In this document: positions 41,592 through 50,116 of the stretch, piece after piece
Position numbering within the stretch: the stretch's first letter is position 1
Layout of the letters: each line of letters starts with the position of its first letter
From: Bacteroidales bacterium
GTDB lineage: Bacteria; Bacteroidota; Bacteroidia; Bacteroidales; VadinHA17
NCBI GenBank assembly: GCA_034004115.1
Contig: JAVEXG010000001.1
Coordinates: forward strand, 1,153-65,152
DNA: 64,000 nt
Direction: 5' to 3'
Notes under the pieces: model-generated
Databases searched by the model: none
Seen by the model: the letters and a program-made list of their open reading frames with translations, nothing else
What the model was told of the DNA's origin: nothing
Made by a program: the position numbers and the translations under genes

Positions 41592-42722
41592 ATGATCAGG
41601 ATAACAGCAGACAATAAGATCCCGTTCCTGAAAGGGGTTCTGGAACCCTTTGCCCGGATTACCTATCTTCCGGGCAGTCAGTTTGACAGAGATGTCATAA
41701 TGGATTCTGACGCACTCCTTGTGCGAACCCGGACAAAGTGCAGCTCTGATCTTCTTTCCGGCACCAGGGTGCGGTTCATCGGCACTGCCACAATCGGATT
41801 CGATCATATTGATACAGGTTTCTGCAATGCAAACAATATCCGCTGGACAAATGCCCCCGGATGCAATTCCTCTTCCGTAATGCAGTATATTGCTGCTGCA
41901 CTGATGAGGATTTCTTCAGAATCGGGGCTCTCACTGAGCAGATTAACTATCGGAATTATCGGCGTCGGTAATGTTGGATCGAAGGTTCAGAAGCTGGCCC
42001 GGACGCTCGGCATGAAGGTTCTGCTGAATGACCCTCCGCGGCAAAGAAAGGAAAAGCAGGATATTTTCGTCAGCATTGAACAGGTACTTGAAGAATCAGA
42101 TATTATCACATTGCATGTTCCCCTGAATACCGGCGGAAAGGATAATACCTTCCACCTGATTGACGCGAATACTCTTGGCAAGGTGAAAAAAGGATCATGG
42201 CTGATTAACTCCTCCAGGGGAGAGGTTGTTGAAGCTGACGCCCTTAAGGAAGCTCTGACCGGTGAACGTATTGCAGGAGCTGTCCTGGATGTCTGGGAAA
42301 AGGAGCCTGAGATTGATATCCCTCTCATGCACATGGCTTTCCTGGCCACTCCTCACATCGCGGGTTATTCAGCCGATGGCAAAGCCAACGGCACCTCAAT
42401 GGTTGTGAATGAACTCTGCAGGTATTTTGATCTTCCCCTTAATGACTGGTTCCCGTCAGAAGTTCCTGAGCCGGCAGACCCGGTGCTTGTCATTGAATGT
42501 CATGGGAAAAGCCTTGAGGAGATAGCCGGAAGAGCCGTAAGCCATTCATATAATATAATGGCAGACGACGTCAGGCTGAGATTCGACCCTTCACGTTTTG
42601 AAAAGGAGAGAGAAAACTATCCTCTCCGGCGTGAATTTCCCAGCTACTCGATTGAACTGAGAGACGGAACGGAAGAGGCCAGAGCACTTATTTCCTCGCT
42701 GGGTTTCAGACTCATTGGCTGA
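41592..42722 (+). CDS. pdxB: 4-phosphoerythronate dehydrogenase
   Basis: 376 aa. PdxB-like N-terminus (ADNKIPF...DALLVRTRTK). NAD-binding GIIGVGNVGSKV. D-2-hydroxyacid dehydrogenase catalytic pattern (...SSRGEVV..., ...TPHIAGYS). Confidence 0.85.
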   Translation: MIRITADNKIPFLKGVLEPFARITYLPGSQFDRDVIMDSDALLVRTRTKCSSDLLSGTRVRFIGTATIGFDHIDTGFCNANNIRWTNAPGCNSSSVMQYIAAALMRISSESGLSLSRLTIGIIGVGNVGSKVQKLARTLGMKVLLNDPPRQRKEKQDIFVSIEQVLEESDIITLHVPLNTGGKDNTFHLIDANTLGKVKKGSWLINSSRGEVVEADALKEALTGERIAGAVLDVWEKEPEIDIPLMHMAFLATPHIAGYSADGKANGTSMVVNELCRYFDLPLNDWFPSEVPEPADPVLVIECHGKSLEEIAGRAVSHSYNIMADDVRLRFDPSRFEKERENYPLRREFPSYSIELRDGTEEARALISSLGFRLIG

Positions 42723-42794
42723 GTTCTGTACGGTTTCCCTGATTTTAATGTTTCCGGACGGTCAGTATTGACTGTTTTTTATGTTATAACATTG

Positions 42795-45700
42795 TTATAA
42801 CGTTGCCTGAGTCGTCTTTGCGGTCTTTTTTACCGCTTTTCCCGACTTAGCATACTCCTTAACCTGGAAGGCAAAAGCCTGAAGCCTTGTGTCGAGCGAT
42901 ACTGAATCCTGACCGTCGTAGGCTATGTTGATGAAGGGAATGTTGTCATGGTCCTTTCTGAATGAATCGCTAAGGGAAGCAACCAGTGTTCCCGGCATGC
43001 AGGTAAATGGCAGTATTGCCGCCATCCCTGAAACACCCCTTTCTGCAAGTGCCACCGAGGTTCCGAGAGCAATCGGCGGGTCGCCGTCGTAAAATTCACT
43101 TACATATTTATTCGAAAGCCTCAGCATGTCGTGCAGCGAAACATCCTTTTCGTGATCGGTTAATTTCTTTATTCCTCTTGTCAGCATCCTCGAGATCACT
43201 TCCTGGCCAACTCCCTGGATCTTCGATTTTATGATACCCTTTTTGTCATTCTTCCATCTGCTGTCGCGGGTGAACCTGTGGGTTGAGTAAACAATCCATT
43301 CGGAGAACGGTCCGACCAGAACTTCAAGGCCAAGTTCTTCCAGTCGGTTTGAGATGTTCCCGTTGCATCCTGCATTGTCGCGCATGAAGATCTCACCTAC
43401 AATCCCCACAACAGGCCTTCTTACGCTCCTGTCAACCGGTATTGCAACAAAGTCGCCGGCTATTTCCGCCAGCACCCGGTGAAGTCCGGAGGATCCCTTT
43501 TCGATGCACCTCTCGAGGCGGTGTATTGCATCCTCGTATAGCCTGTCGGTTTCACCCCTGTTGATCTCGTACGGCCTGATCTCCCTGTGTATTTTCCGGA
43601 TAAAATCAGCGGCAAGGAATCCTTTCCATGCCCTTATCCTGAACTTCTGTCCGTGCTCACCGGCCACATCCTGATAGGATGTGTCATTTGACGGTGTTAT
43701 GAGTTCAGCCTTTTCAAAACCGAGACGGTCAAACAATATCCTGTGGAACTGGTTGTACTGTCCGAACCGGCACGGACCATTGTGGTCGGGCATGAAAAAG
43801 CACATTTTTGACGGGTCGGCACCGGGCTCACTGAGTTTTTTGATAAAGCTCCCGGTAGTGCATATCATCGGGAAACACTCTTTGGATGAGGTGTATTTTC
43901 TTCCGATAGCAATTTCTTCTTCGGTCTGTTTCGGAAGAACCTCTGACTGAACTCCTATGCTTCGGGCAGCAGCCGCAACCATATAGGCGCCATCATTCAT
44001 GTAGGGAAGGTAGAGCACCCTGTCTCTGGATGGCGATGTAAGTCCGGGCCTTGGCCTGAACACCACGGCTTCCTTCCTTTCATTCTGTTCCGATCCTTTC
44101 AGGCTGTCGAGAAATGCCTCTATACGTGTTACCATACCTGCATCGGCCGAATGCTCATCGACCTCAAGATGCAGAAAGGGCTTTCCCTTGAGTTCTTCAG
44201 TGATATAGTGCCAGATAAATGAATCGGGACCGCATCTGAAATTACTGATATAGACCGCATACAGACCTTCTGTTTTTGCAACATGCTGGGCTGCGGCAAC
44301 AATTTTCTGTCCGTTTGGCCAGTACATGTTCCTGTAATTGTCAAAAATATTATAGGGAGTCAGGTCGAGCATGTCAAGGGGAACGGGCATCACATCCTGG
44401 GCTATCAGCTTCTCAACCAGATTCAGGTTCAGGTGAGGATCAGTGCCGTTATAGGGGCGGCCCAGTAACACAACCGGCCGGCAGTTGTCGGGAATCCTGC
44501 TTAATGCTTCCTTTCCAAACGAAACCAGGCTCTTTTCAAACGTTATCTGAGCCTGGTCGGCTTCATAGATTGCGTTCCTGATCTCTTTCCTGCCTATCCC
44601 GAACCTGGAACCGAAATATTGAGTCATCTCCCTGACAAGAGCTCTTTCAAAAAACCTGAAATGCAGGGTTGGAACCAGAAGCTTTGATTCATCCACCTTG
44701 CCCCTCAGAGCGGCCTTTACCATGAAAGGATAGGTTTGTATCCATGGACAGTTGCAGTTAAAGGTCTTGTTTCCTTCCCTGAATTTGGCATTTACAATGA
44801 AAGGAAGGAAAATGTAATCAGCACCTTTTTCGTACAGATCCATCACATGACCATGCATCAGCTCAACCGGAAGGCATATTTCGGTTGTGATTGTTTCAAT
44901 TGCTTTCGTTACAAGCTGTTTGTCCGACTCTTTCGACAGTATCACCCTGAACCCCAGCTTCTCAAAAAACGTGCGCCAGAAGGGGAACTGCTGGTAAAAA
45001 ACCATCAGGGCTCTTGGTATCCCGATTGTCGGACCATTGCCGCTGCCTTCCTTATATCCTTCCATTAGCATCTCGGTCCGCTTCCTGAACAGGTTGGGGA
45101 TGTTGTTTTCTTCCTTTTTACGGCTGTCGGTCTCATATTTCTCACACCTGCCGCCATAGAAAAGGGATTTCTCCTCCCCGGCGATCTTTACTTTTCTTAT
45201 TTCACAGTTGTTTGCGCAGCTCTTGCAAACGAACCTGCTTACTTCATATTCAACATTACTGATCCCAAAACCCTTGAATTTTGTCTTGCCCCCGTTCTTC
45301 ATCTCTTTTTGGGCAAGAATAGCGGCCCCGATGGCGCCGGTCACATCAAAATGAGGCGGTATCGTGATCTTTTTACCTGTTACATGCTCAAAGGCCGCCA
45401 CAACAGCCTTGTTGTTTGTTACACCTCCCTGGAAAAAGATCTTGTTCCCGATCCTCCTGTCGCCTACTACCTTTTCGAGATAATTATACACTATCGAATA
45501 GGCAAGGCCTCCTACCATATTGTCATTTCTGGCACCCTTCTGTACGCAGGTATTAAGGTCCGATTCCATGAAAACAGTACACCTGTCACCCAGTTTTACG
45601 GGGTTTTCGGCTTTCAGCGCCATCGACCCGAATTCCTCGATGATCTTTATGTTCAGCTTCTCAGCCTGCTCCTCAAGAAACGATCCGGTGCCGGCAGCGC

Positions 45701-47069
45701 ACACCTTGTTCATCTCAAAGTCGACCACAACTCCGTTCTCAATACTGATAAACTTTGAATCCTGTCCGCCTATCTCAAAAATCGTGTCTACAGTCGGATC
45801 ATAGTCAATTGCGGCGGTAGCCTGAGCTGTGATTTCATTTCGGATTGTATCAGCTCCGATAAAGTCTCCTGTCAGATACCGGCCCGATCCGGTTGTTCCT
45901 GCCCCCAGTACTTCAACGTCATTGCCTGTTTCTTCATATATTTCCGAGATGCCTCTCCGGATAGCCTCCAGCGGCTTGCCAGCCGTCGGCAGGTATCTCC
46001 GTGAAATTACCCTGTGATCCGGATCGATCAAAACAACGTTGGTGCTCAGAGAACCGACATCCACGCCCAGGTAAACAGGTAAGTTACTGGTACCGTTCTT
46101 TTTGAAATGAACTTTTTTGTCATAAACCGCCTCCGACTCCACAAGTGGAGGAAGACTCCTGAAATTCCCGGAAGCTCTGTCCAGATAGGCATCAAGGTCA
46201 TTCAGCCCCCTGAAGTGATTCATCTCTAAATTGTTGGAACAGGCATGCATGACTGCTCCTATGGCTCCCATGGAGGCATGATGATCAGGTATTATCAATT
46301 CATCCCCGTTCAGGGAAAGTATATCCCTGAATGCCCTCACCATGCCGGCGTTTGCCGCCACTCCTCCGGAAAATATGACAGGTTTTTTGAATTCCCTGCT
46401 CTTTGCAACATTGCTCCTGAAATTTCTTGCAAGGGCAAAACACAATCCTGCCACAATATCGTGAAGAGGTGTGGCAATCTGCTGATGATGAATCATGTCG
46501 CTCTTTGCAAACACACTGCATCTTCCTGCAATACGGGGCGGATCAACCGATTTTAGTGCCATCTCCCCGAACTCCTTCTCGATTGCAACTCCTATCCTTC
46601 GTGCCTGCTGGTCAAGAAAAGACCCCGTACCTGCTGCACAAATGCTGTTCATTTCAAAATCCACAAGCCTTGAGTGCCCGTTTGCAGGATCCTTTTCAAG
46701 CAGGATCAGCTTTGAATCCTCTCCGCCGATCTCGATCACGGTCCTGGCTTCGGGATATAATGTTCCGGCAGAGGTCGCCTGAGCAATGATCTCGTTTACA
46801 AATATCCCGCCTATCAGACTTGTTGCCAGCCTGCCTCCTGTACCAGTAACTGCTGTACCGGCAAAGAGATCAGGAGGGTATAGTTTGAAAATGGCATCCA
46901 GCCTGTCGCGAAGAACATTGAACGGCCTGCCATGAACATAATCGTAGAAATCCTCAATTATTTTGAATCGGCCGTCGAGGATGACGGTGTTCAGAGATAC
47001 AGAACCAATGTCCAATCCCAAAAAAAATCCCTTGTTTTCAGGATTGAACAGGGAGCCTTCTTCAGCCAT
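42795..47069 (-). CDS. 1424-aa fusion: two BcrAD/BadFG-type (HgdC-like) activase ATPase modules + Cys4 linker + large 2-hydroxyacyl-CoA-dehydratase-like/DUF2229-type C-terminal region
   Basis: Two ASKHA modules. The first has GLDIGSVSLN...EIGGEDSK...ICAAGTGSFLDQQA...GRCSVFAKSD. The second has GVDVGSLSTN...EIGGQDSK...VCAAGTGSFLEEQA...DRCTVFMESD. These are followed by CKSCANNCEIRKVKIAGEEKSLFYGGRCEKYE and about 780 further residues. Confidence 0.85.
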   Translation of the reverse strand: MAEEGSLFNPENKGFFLGLDIGSVSLNTVILDGRFKIIEDFYDYVHGRPFNVLRDRLDAIFKLYPPDLFAGTAVTGTGGRLATSLIGGIFVNEIIAQATSAGTLYPEARTVIEIGGEDSKLILLEKDPANGHSRLVDFEMNSICAAGTGSFLDQQARRIGVAIEKEFGEMALKSVDPPRIAGRCSVFAKSDMIHHQQIATPLHDIVAGLCFALARNFRSNVAKSREFKKPVIFSGGVAANAGMVRAFRDILSLNGDELIIPDHHASMGAIGAVMHACSNNLEMNHFRGLNDLDAYLDRASGNFRSLPPLVESEAVYDKKVHFKKNGTSNLPVYLGVDVGSLSTNVVLIDPDHRVISRRYLPTAGKPLEAIRRGISEIYEETGNDVEVLGAGTTGSGRYLTGDFIGADTIRNEITAQATAAIDYDPTVDTIFEIGGQDSKFISIENGVVVDFEMNKVCAAGTGSFLEEQAEKLNIKIIEEFGSMALKAENPVKLGDRCTVFMESDLNTCVQKGARNDNMVGGLAYSIVYNYLEKVVGDRRIGNKIFFQGGVTNNKAVVAAFEHVTGKKITIPPHFDVTGAIGAAILAQKEMKNGGKTKFKGFGISNVEYEVSRFVCKSCANNCEIRKVKIAGEEKSLFYGGRCEKYETDSRKKEENNIPNLFRKRTEMLMEGYKEGSGNGPTIGIPRALMVFYQQFPFWRTFFEKLGFRVILSKESDKQLVTKAIETITTEICLPVELMHGHVMDLYEKGADYIFLPFIVNAKFREGNKTFNCNCPWIQTYPFMVKAALRGKVDESKLLVPTLHFRFFERALVREMTQYFGSRFGIGRKEIRNAIYEADQAQITFEKSLVSFGKEALSRIPDNCRPVVLLGRPYNGTDPHLNLNLVEKLIAQDVMPVPLDMLDLTPYNIFDNYRNMYWPNGQKIVAAAQHVAKTEGLYAVYISNFRCGPDSFIWHYITEELKGKPFLHLEVDEHSADAGMVTRIEAFLDSLKGSEQNERKEAVVFRPRPGLTSPSRDRVLYLPYMNDGAYMVAAAARSIGVQSEVLPKQTEEEIAIGRKYTSSKECFPMICTTGSFIKKLSEPGADPSKMCFFMPDHNGPCRFGQYNQFHRILFDRLGFEKAELITPSNDTSYQDVAGEHGQKFRIRAWKGFLAADFIRKIHREIRPYEINRGETDRLYEDAIHRLERCIEKGSSGLHRVLAEIAGDFVAIPVDRSVRRPVVGIVGEIFMRDNAGCNGNISNRLEELGLEVLVGPFSEWIVYSTHRFTRDSRWKNDKKGIIKSKIQGVGQEVISRMLTRGIKKLTDHEKDVSLHDMLRLSNKYVSEFYDGDPPIALGTSVALAERGVSGMAAILPFTCMPGTLVASLSDSFRKDHDNIPFINIAYDGQDSVSLDTRLQAFAFQVKEYAKSGKAVKKTAKTTQATL

Positions 47070-47254
47070 ATCCGGAGATTTTTTTATCCTGTAATAAGCC
47101 TTTATAAGATCGGTAAATTAAGAATTTTTATCAAGAGTCGGAAATATATGACAATTATCATGCAACGTTGCGATAAGACGTTATAGCTAAGGTGTTTAGA
47201 AATCATTTTGATGATATTTTGTTTCTGTCTGAAAAGTTGAATAACGGATGCTAA

Positions 47255-47276
47255 AATTGTAACATATGTTACAATT
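47255..47276. promoter_or_regulatory. perfect 22-bp palindrome AATTGTAACATATGTTACAATT (candidate Crp/Fnr-family operator)
   Basis: The sequence is identical to its own reverse complement. It lies in the divergent spacer between the 1424-aa gene (start 47069) and the Crp/Fnr gene (47364), 3 nt upstream of a TAATTTTG -7 box. Confidence 0.55.
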
Positions 47277-47278
47277 GC

Positions 47279-47286
47279 TAATTTTG
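47279..47286 (+). promoter_or_regulatory. -7 box (TAATTTTG) of probable crp/fnr-family gene promoter
   Basis: TAnnTTTG match 78 nt upstream of the ATG at 47364. Confidence 0.45.
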
Positions 47287-47363
47287 AGGCAGATTTGTGC
47301 CTGATTTGCTTTCCCGGAAGACAAAACGGATAATCGGGACATCAGGCATTGACAGGAAAGAAA

Positions 47364-48035
47364 ATGGACTATACCTATCTTTTGAACACCCCAGTTTTCA
47401 GGGGCCTGGATATTGCTGAGATAATGTCGCTTATCTCTTCTACTCCATACAGGATCAGACGTTTCAATGCAGGGGCAATGATTTTCCAGAGCGGCGAGCC
47501 GGTGAATTCATTTGTAATGGTTATCAGTGGATCCGTAAAGGGCGAAATGACTGACTATTCGGGACGTGTACTTAAAATTGAAGAGATAAGAGAAGCGGGT
47601 TCTCTCGGAGCCGCTTTTCTCTTTGCCGGGAAGTCGGTTTTTCCGGTGAACGTAATTGCTGTTACCGATACGGAGCTTCTGACAATCGAGAAGAATGATT
47701 TTCTGAGGTTTCTGAAGTGGGATGACAGGATTCTTGCAAACTTCCTGGGAATGATTTCAAACAGGTCGGCATTTCTGAGCGAGAAGATAAAATTCCTGAA
47801 TTTCAAGACTATAAAAGGCAAACTGGCACAATACTTCCTTCAGATTTCCGGTCCCGGCGGTTCAACCGTCATGCTGACGATGACCCAGGCCGATCTCGCA
47901 GATTATTTTGGAGTTGCCCGTCCTTCGATTGCCAGGGTGGTGTCCGAAATGGAAAACGAAGGTATAATCAAGACCAGGGGGCGTTCCTTACGGATACTCG
48001 ACCGTGAAAGACTTGCCATCCTGACAAGGGAATAG
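47364..48035 (+). CDS. Crp/Fnr-family transcriptional regulator
   Basis: ATG at 47364 (the ORF-track TTG is at 47349). N-terminal cNMP-binding-like beta-roll. C-terminal HTH (QADLADYFGVARPSIARVVSEMENEGII). Confidence 0.9.
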   Translation: MDYTYLLNTPVFRGLDIAEIMSLISSTPYRIRRFNAGAMIFQSGEPVNSFVMVISGSVKGEMTDYSGRVLKIEEIREAGSLGAAFLFAGKSVFPVNVIAVTDTELLTIEKNDFLRFLKWDDRILANFLGMISNRSAFLSEKIKFLNFKTIKGKLAQYFLQISGPGGSTVMLTMTQADLADYFGVARPSIARVVSEMENEGIIKTRGRSLRILDRERLAILTRE

Positions 48036-48043
48036 GGGATTTG

Positions 48044-50116
48044 TCAGGAAGACCCTGTTGAATCGGGCAGTGTAATTGTAAAGCAGGCTCCTTCACCCTC
48101 GCGGCTTTCCACACTCATGGTTCCGCCGTTGATCTTCACGAGCTCATAGCAAAGTTTGATGCCAAACCCTGTACCTTTCTCATTCTCTGTTCCTGGTGTG
48201 CTCTCAATCTCACTGGCAGTAAACAGTTCCTTCTGCTTTTCCTCCGGAATACCGACTCCGTTGTCGCACACCTTTAGCGAGATCCCTTCGCGTGTATTTG
48301 ATTTGTCCTTCAAGAGAATGCTTATCCTTCCTCCCCTGGGAGTGTATTTCACTGCATTTGAAAGCAGGTTCCTGATTATGATGTCAAGCAGATCCTTGTC
48401 GAAAAAGGCTTTTGAGTTACCTATCTGGGTGAAATTGACCTTGATTGACTTCTTATCGGCAGTCTCCTTGAAAATGCTCAGGTTGGTGAGAATGATATCG
48501 GCAAGATCATGTTTACCGGGGGCATACCTGATCTTGTCTTCCTGTCCTCTTCCCCACACGAGCATGTTTTCAAGAAGGCTGATCACCTGCTGGGAGTATT
48601 CTATGCTTGCATCTGCAAAAGAATCATACTTCTCCTTATACTCCTCCTCCTTGAGAAGGTTGAGCATGTAAAGGATGTTAACCACCGGGCTCCTAAGGTC
48701 GTGGGCGATCACTGAAAAAATCTTGTTCTTCAGCTGTATTGTTTCCGAAAGCTTTTTGTTTTGCGCGGCTATCCTGATGTTCTGCTCCTCGATCTCTTCC
48801 TTGCGGGCAATAATCTCATGGGTCCGGTCATCGACGATTTTCTCGAGATGCCGGTTCAGGTACTCATGCTCTTTCTGCAGCTTCTCCTTCTCGGAATAGG
48901 CTTTTACCCATTTGTACAGGATCAGAACTGCCTGGATGAAAACAAACACAACAATAGCCTGGGTCAGTATGTATCCGGAAAAAACCGCCTGTTTTCCAAG
49001 CGATATCCTGACATCGTTTACAGCAGCTGCACCCAGCATGATGAATGTCAGAAAATAGAAGAAATCGATCAGATTCCCCCTGATTACCCCTTTTACCGAT
49101 TCAAAAAGTACAGTGGAGAACAGGATCACAAGCAGGGGATAAATTATAAAGGTCGCGTAACTGAAAACATCAACAGGAAATGCTATTGTAACTACCGCTG
49201 CGATGGCCAGGATTATTGTAACCCCCCGGGTAATTATCCTGAAGCACATTGAACGGTAGAGGTAAAGTGCAAACCAGTACCATCCGGCAAGGATTACGTA
49301 AAGCCCAAGGTATTCCCATCTCACTATCCAATCCCAGCTTATGTCCATGATGTTGTGGATCAAGAAATTGGATGTAAAGAGAGGTCTTATGGCAAGTCCG
49401 GTCACGGCAATGCTGAAAAAGGCCGTCTGCTTGTCCCTTGAGAAAATGACAAAAAAGAAGAAAAAGAGAAGTGAAAAGGCGAGGAGGAAACTCATTGATG
49501 ACCAGTCCTTTGCCCAGCTGGAGGCATAATCCTGCTGGATCTCGTTGAAGGTACCTATCTTCATTGGTATCCAGAACCCTCCCCTTCGGTGGTGAAAGTT
49601 GGAAACGTTTATAACGATTTCAATTGTGTCGGCATCCGGATTAAACCTGAAAAAGCGCCTTTCGTAATCAGGTTCGGTATAGTCTGCCGAAACACCCGGT
49701 ATGCCATTCCTGCCCATCTTTTTTCCGTCGACATATACTTCATAGGAGGAATCGAACACGGGCATGTCGACTGCCAGGGAGTTTCTGTAACCGGGCGGCA
49801 GCAGTATCCTTAAACGGTATGTGGCAAAGCCCTTTCCCGAAGGCTTCAGCGATTCAGTCCTGTAACTGGTCCAATAGGAGGGGACCTGGCCAAAAAGATC
49901 CGGAACGGGAGGATCAGCTAACTTGAAATCCCTGGGGACCAGTTTCTTCGACCAGTGGAACTCCCATTCGCCGTTAAGCTTGAATATGAATTTATTGCCT
50001 GCCGATTCCCTCAGGTCTATAATACCTCTGACAGCTGTGGGTTCAGCACCATAAGCCGGTGCCAGAAAATAAAAAAGCAGAAAGTATAGAAGAAAGGTAA
50101 GAGATGCTTTTTTCAT
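48044..50116 (-). CDS. sensor histidine kinase with 7TMR-DISM-type extracytoplasmic and 7-TM domains (no cognate response regulator nearby)
   Basis: 690 aa. Signal peptide, an extracytoplasmic domain of about 200 aa, and about 7 TM helices. H-box FSVIAHDLRSP, N-box LLSNAVKYT, G1 DNGVGI, G2 GTGFGI. Confidence 0.9.
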   Translation of the reverse strand: MKKASLTFLLYFLLFYFLAPAYGAEPTAVRGIIDLRESAGNKFIFKLNGEWEFHWSKKLVPRDFKLADPPVPDLFGQVPSYWTSYRTESLKPSGKGFATYRLRILLPPGYRNSLAVDMPVFDSSYEVYVDGKKMGRNGIPGVSADYTEPDYERRFFRFNPDADTIEIVINVSNFHHRRGGFWIPMKIGTFNEIQQDYASSWAKDWSSMSFLLAFSLLFFFFFVIFSRDKQTAFFSIAVTGLAIRPLFTSNFLIHNIMDISWDWIVRWEYLGLYVILAGWYWFALYLYRSMCFRIITRGVTIILAIAAVVTIAFPVDVFSYATFIIYPLLVILFSTVLFESVKGVIRGNLIDFFYFLTFIMLGAAAVNDVRISLGKQAVFSGYILTQAIVVFVFIQAVLILYKWVKAYSEKEKLQKEHEYLNRHLEKIVDDRTHEIIARKEEIEEQNIRIAAQNKKLSETIQLKNKIFSVIAHDLRSPVVNILYMLNLLKEEEYKEKYDSFADASIEYSQQVISLLENMLVWGRGQEDKIRYAPGKHDLADIILTNLSIFKETADKKSIKVNFTQIGNSKAFFDKDLLDIIIRNLLSNAVKYTPRGGRISILLKDKSNTREGISLKVCDNGVGIPEEKQKELFTASEIESTPGTENEKGTGFGIKLCYELVKINGGTMSVESREGEGACFTITLPDSTGSS

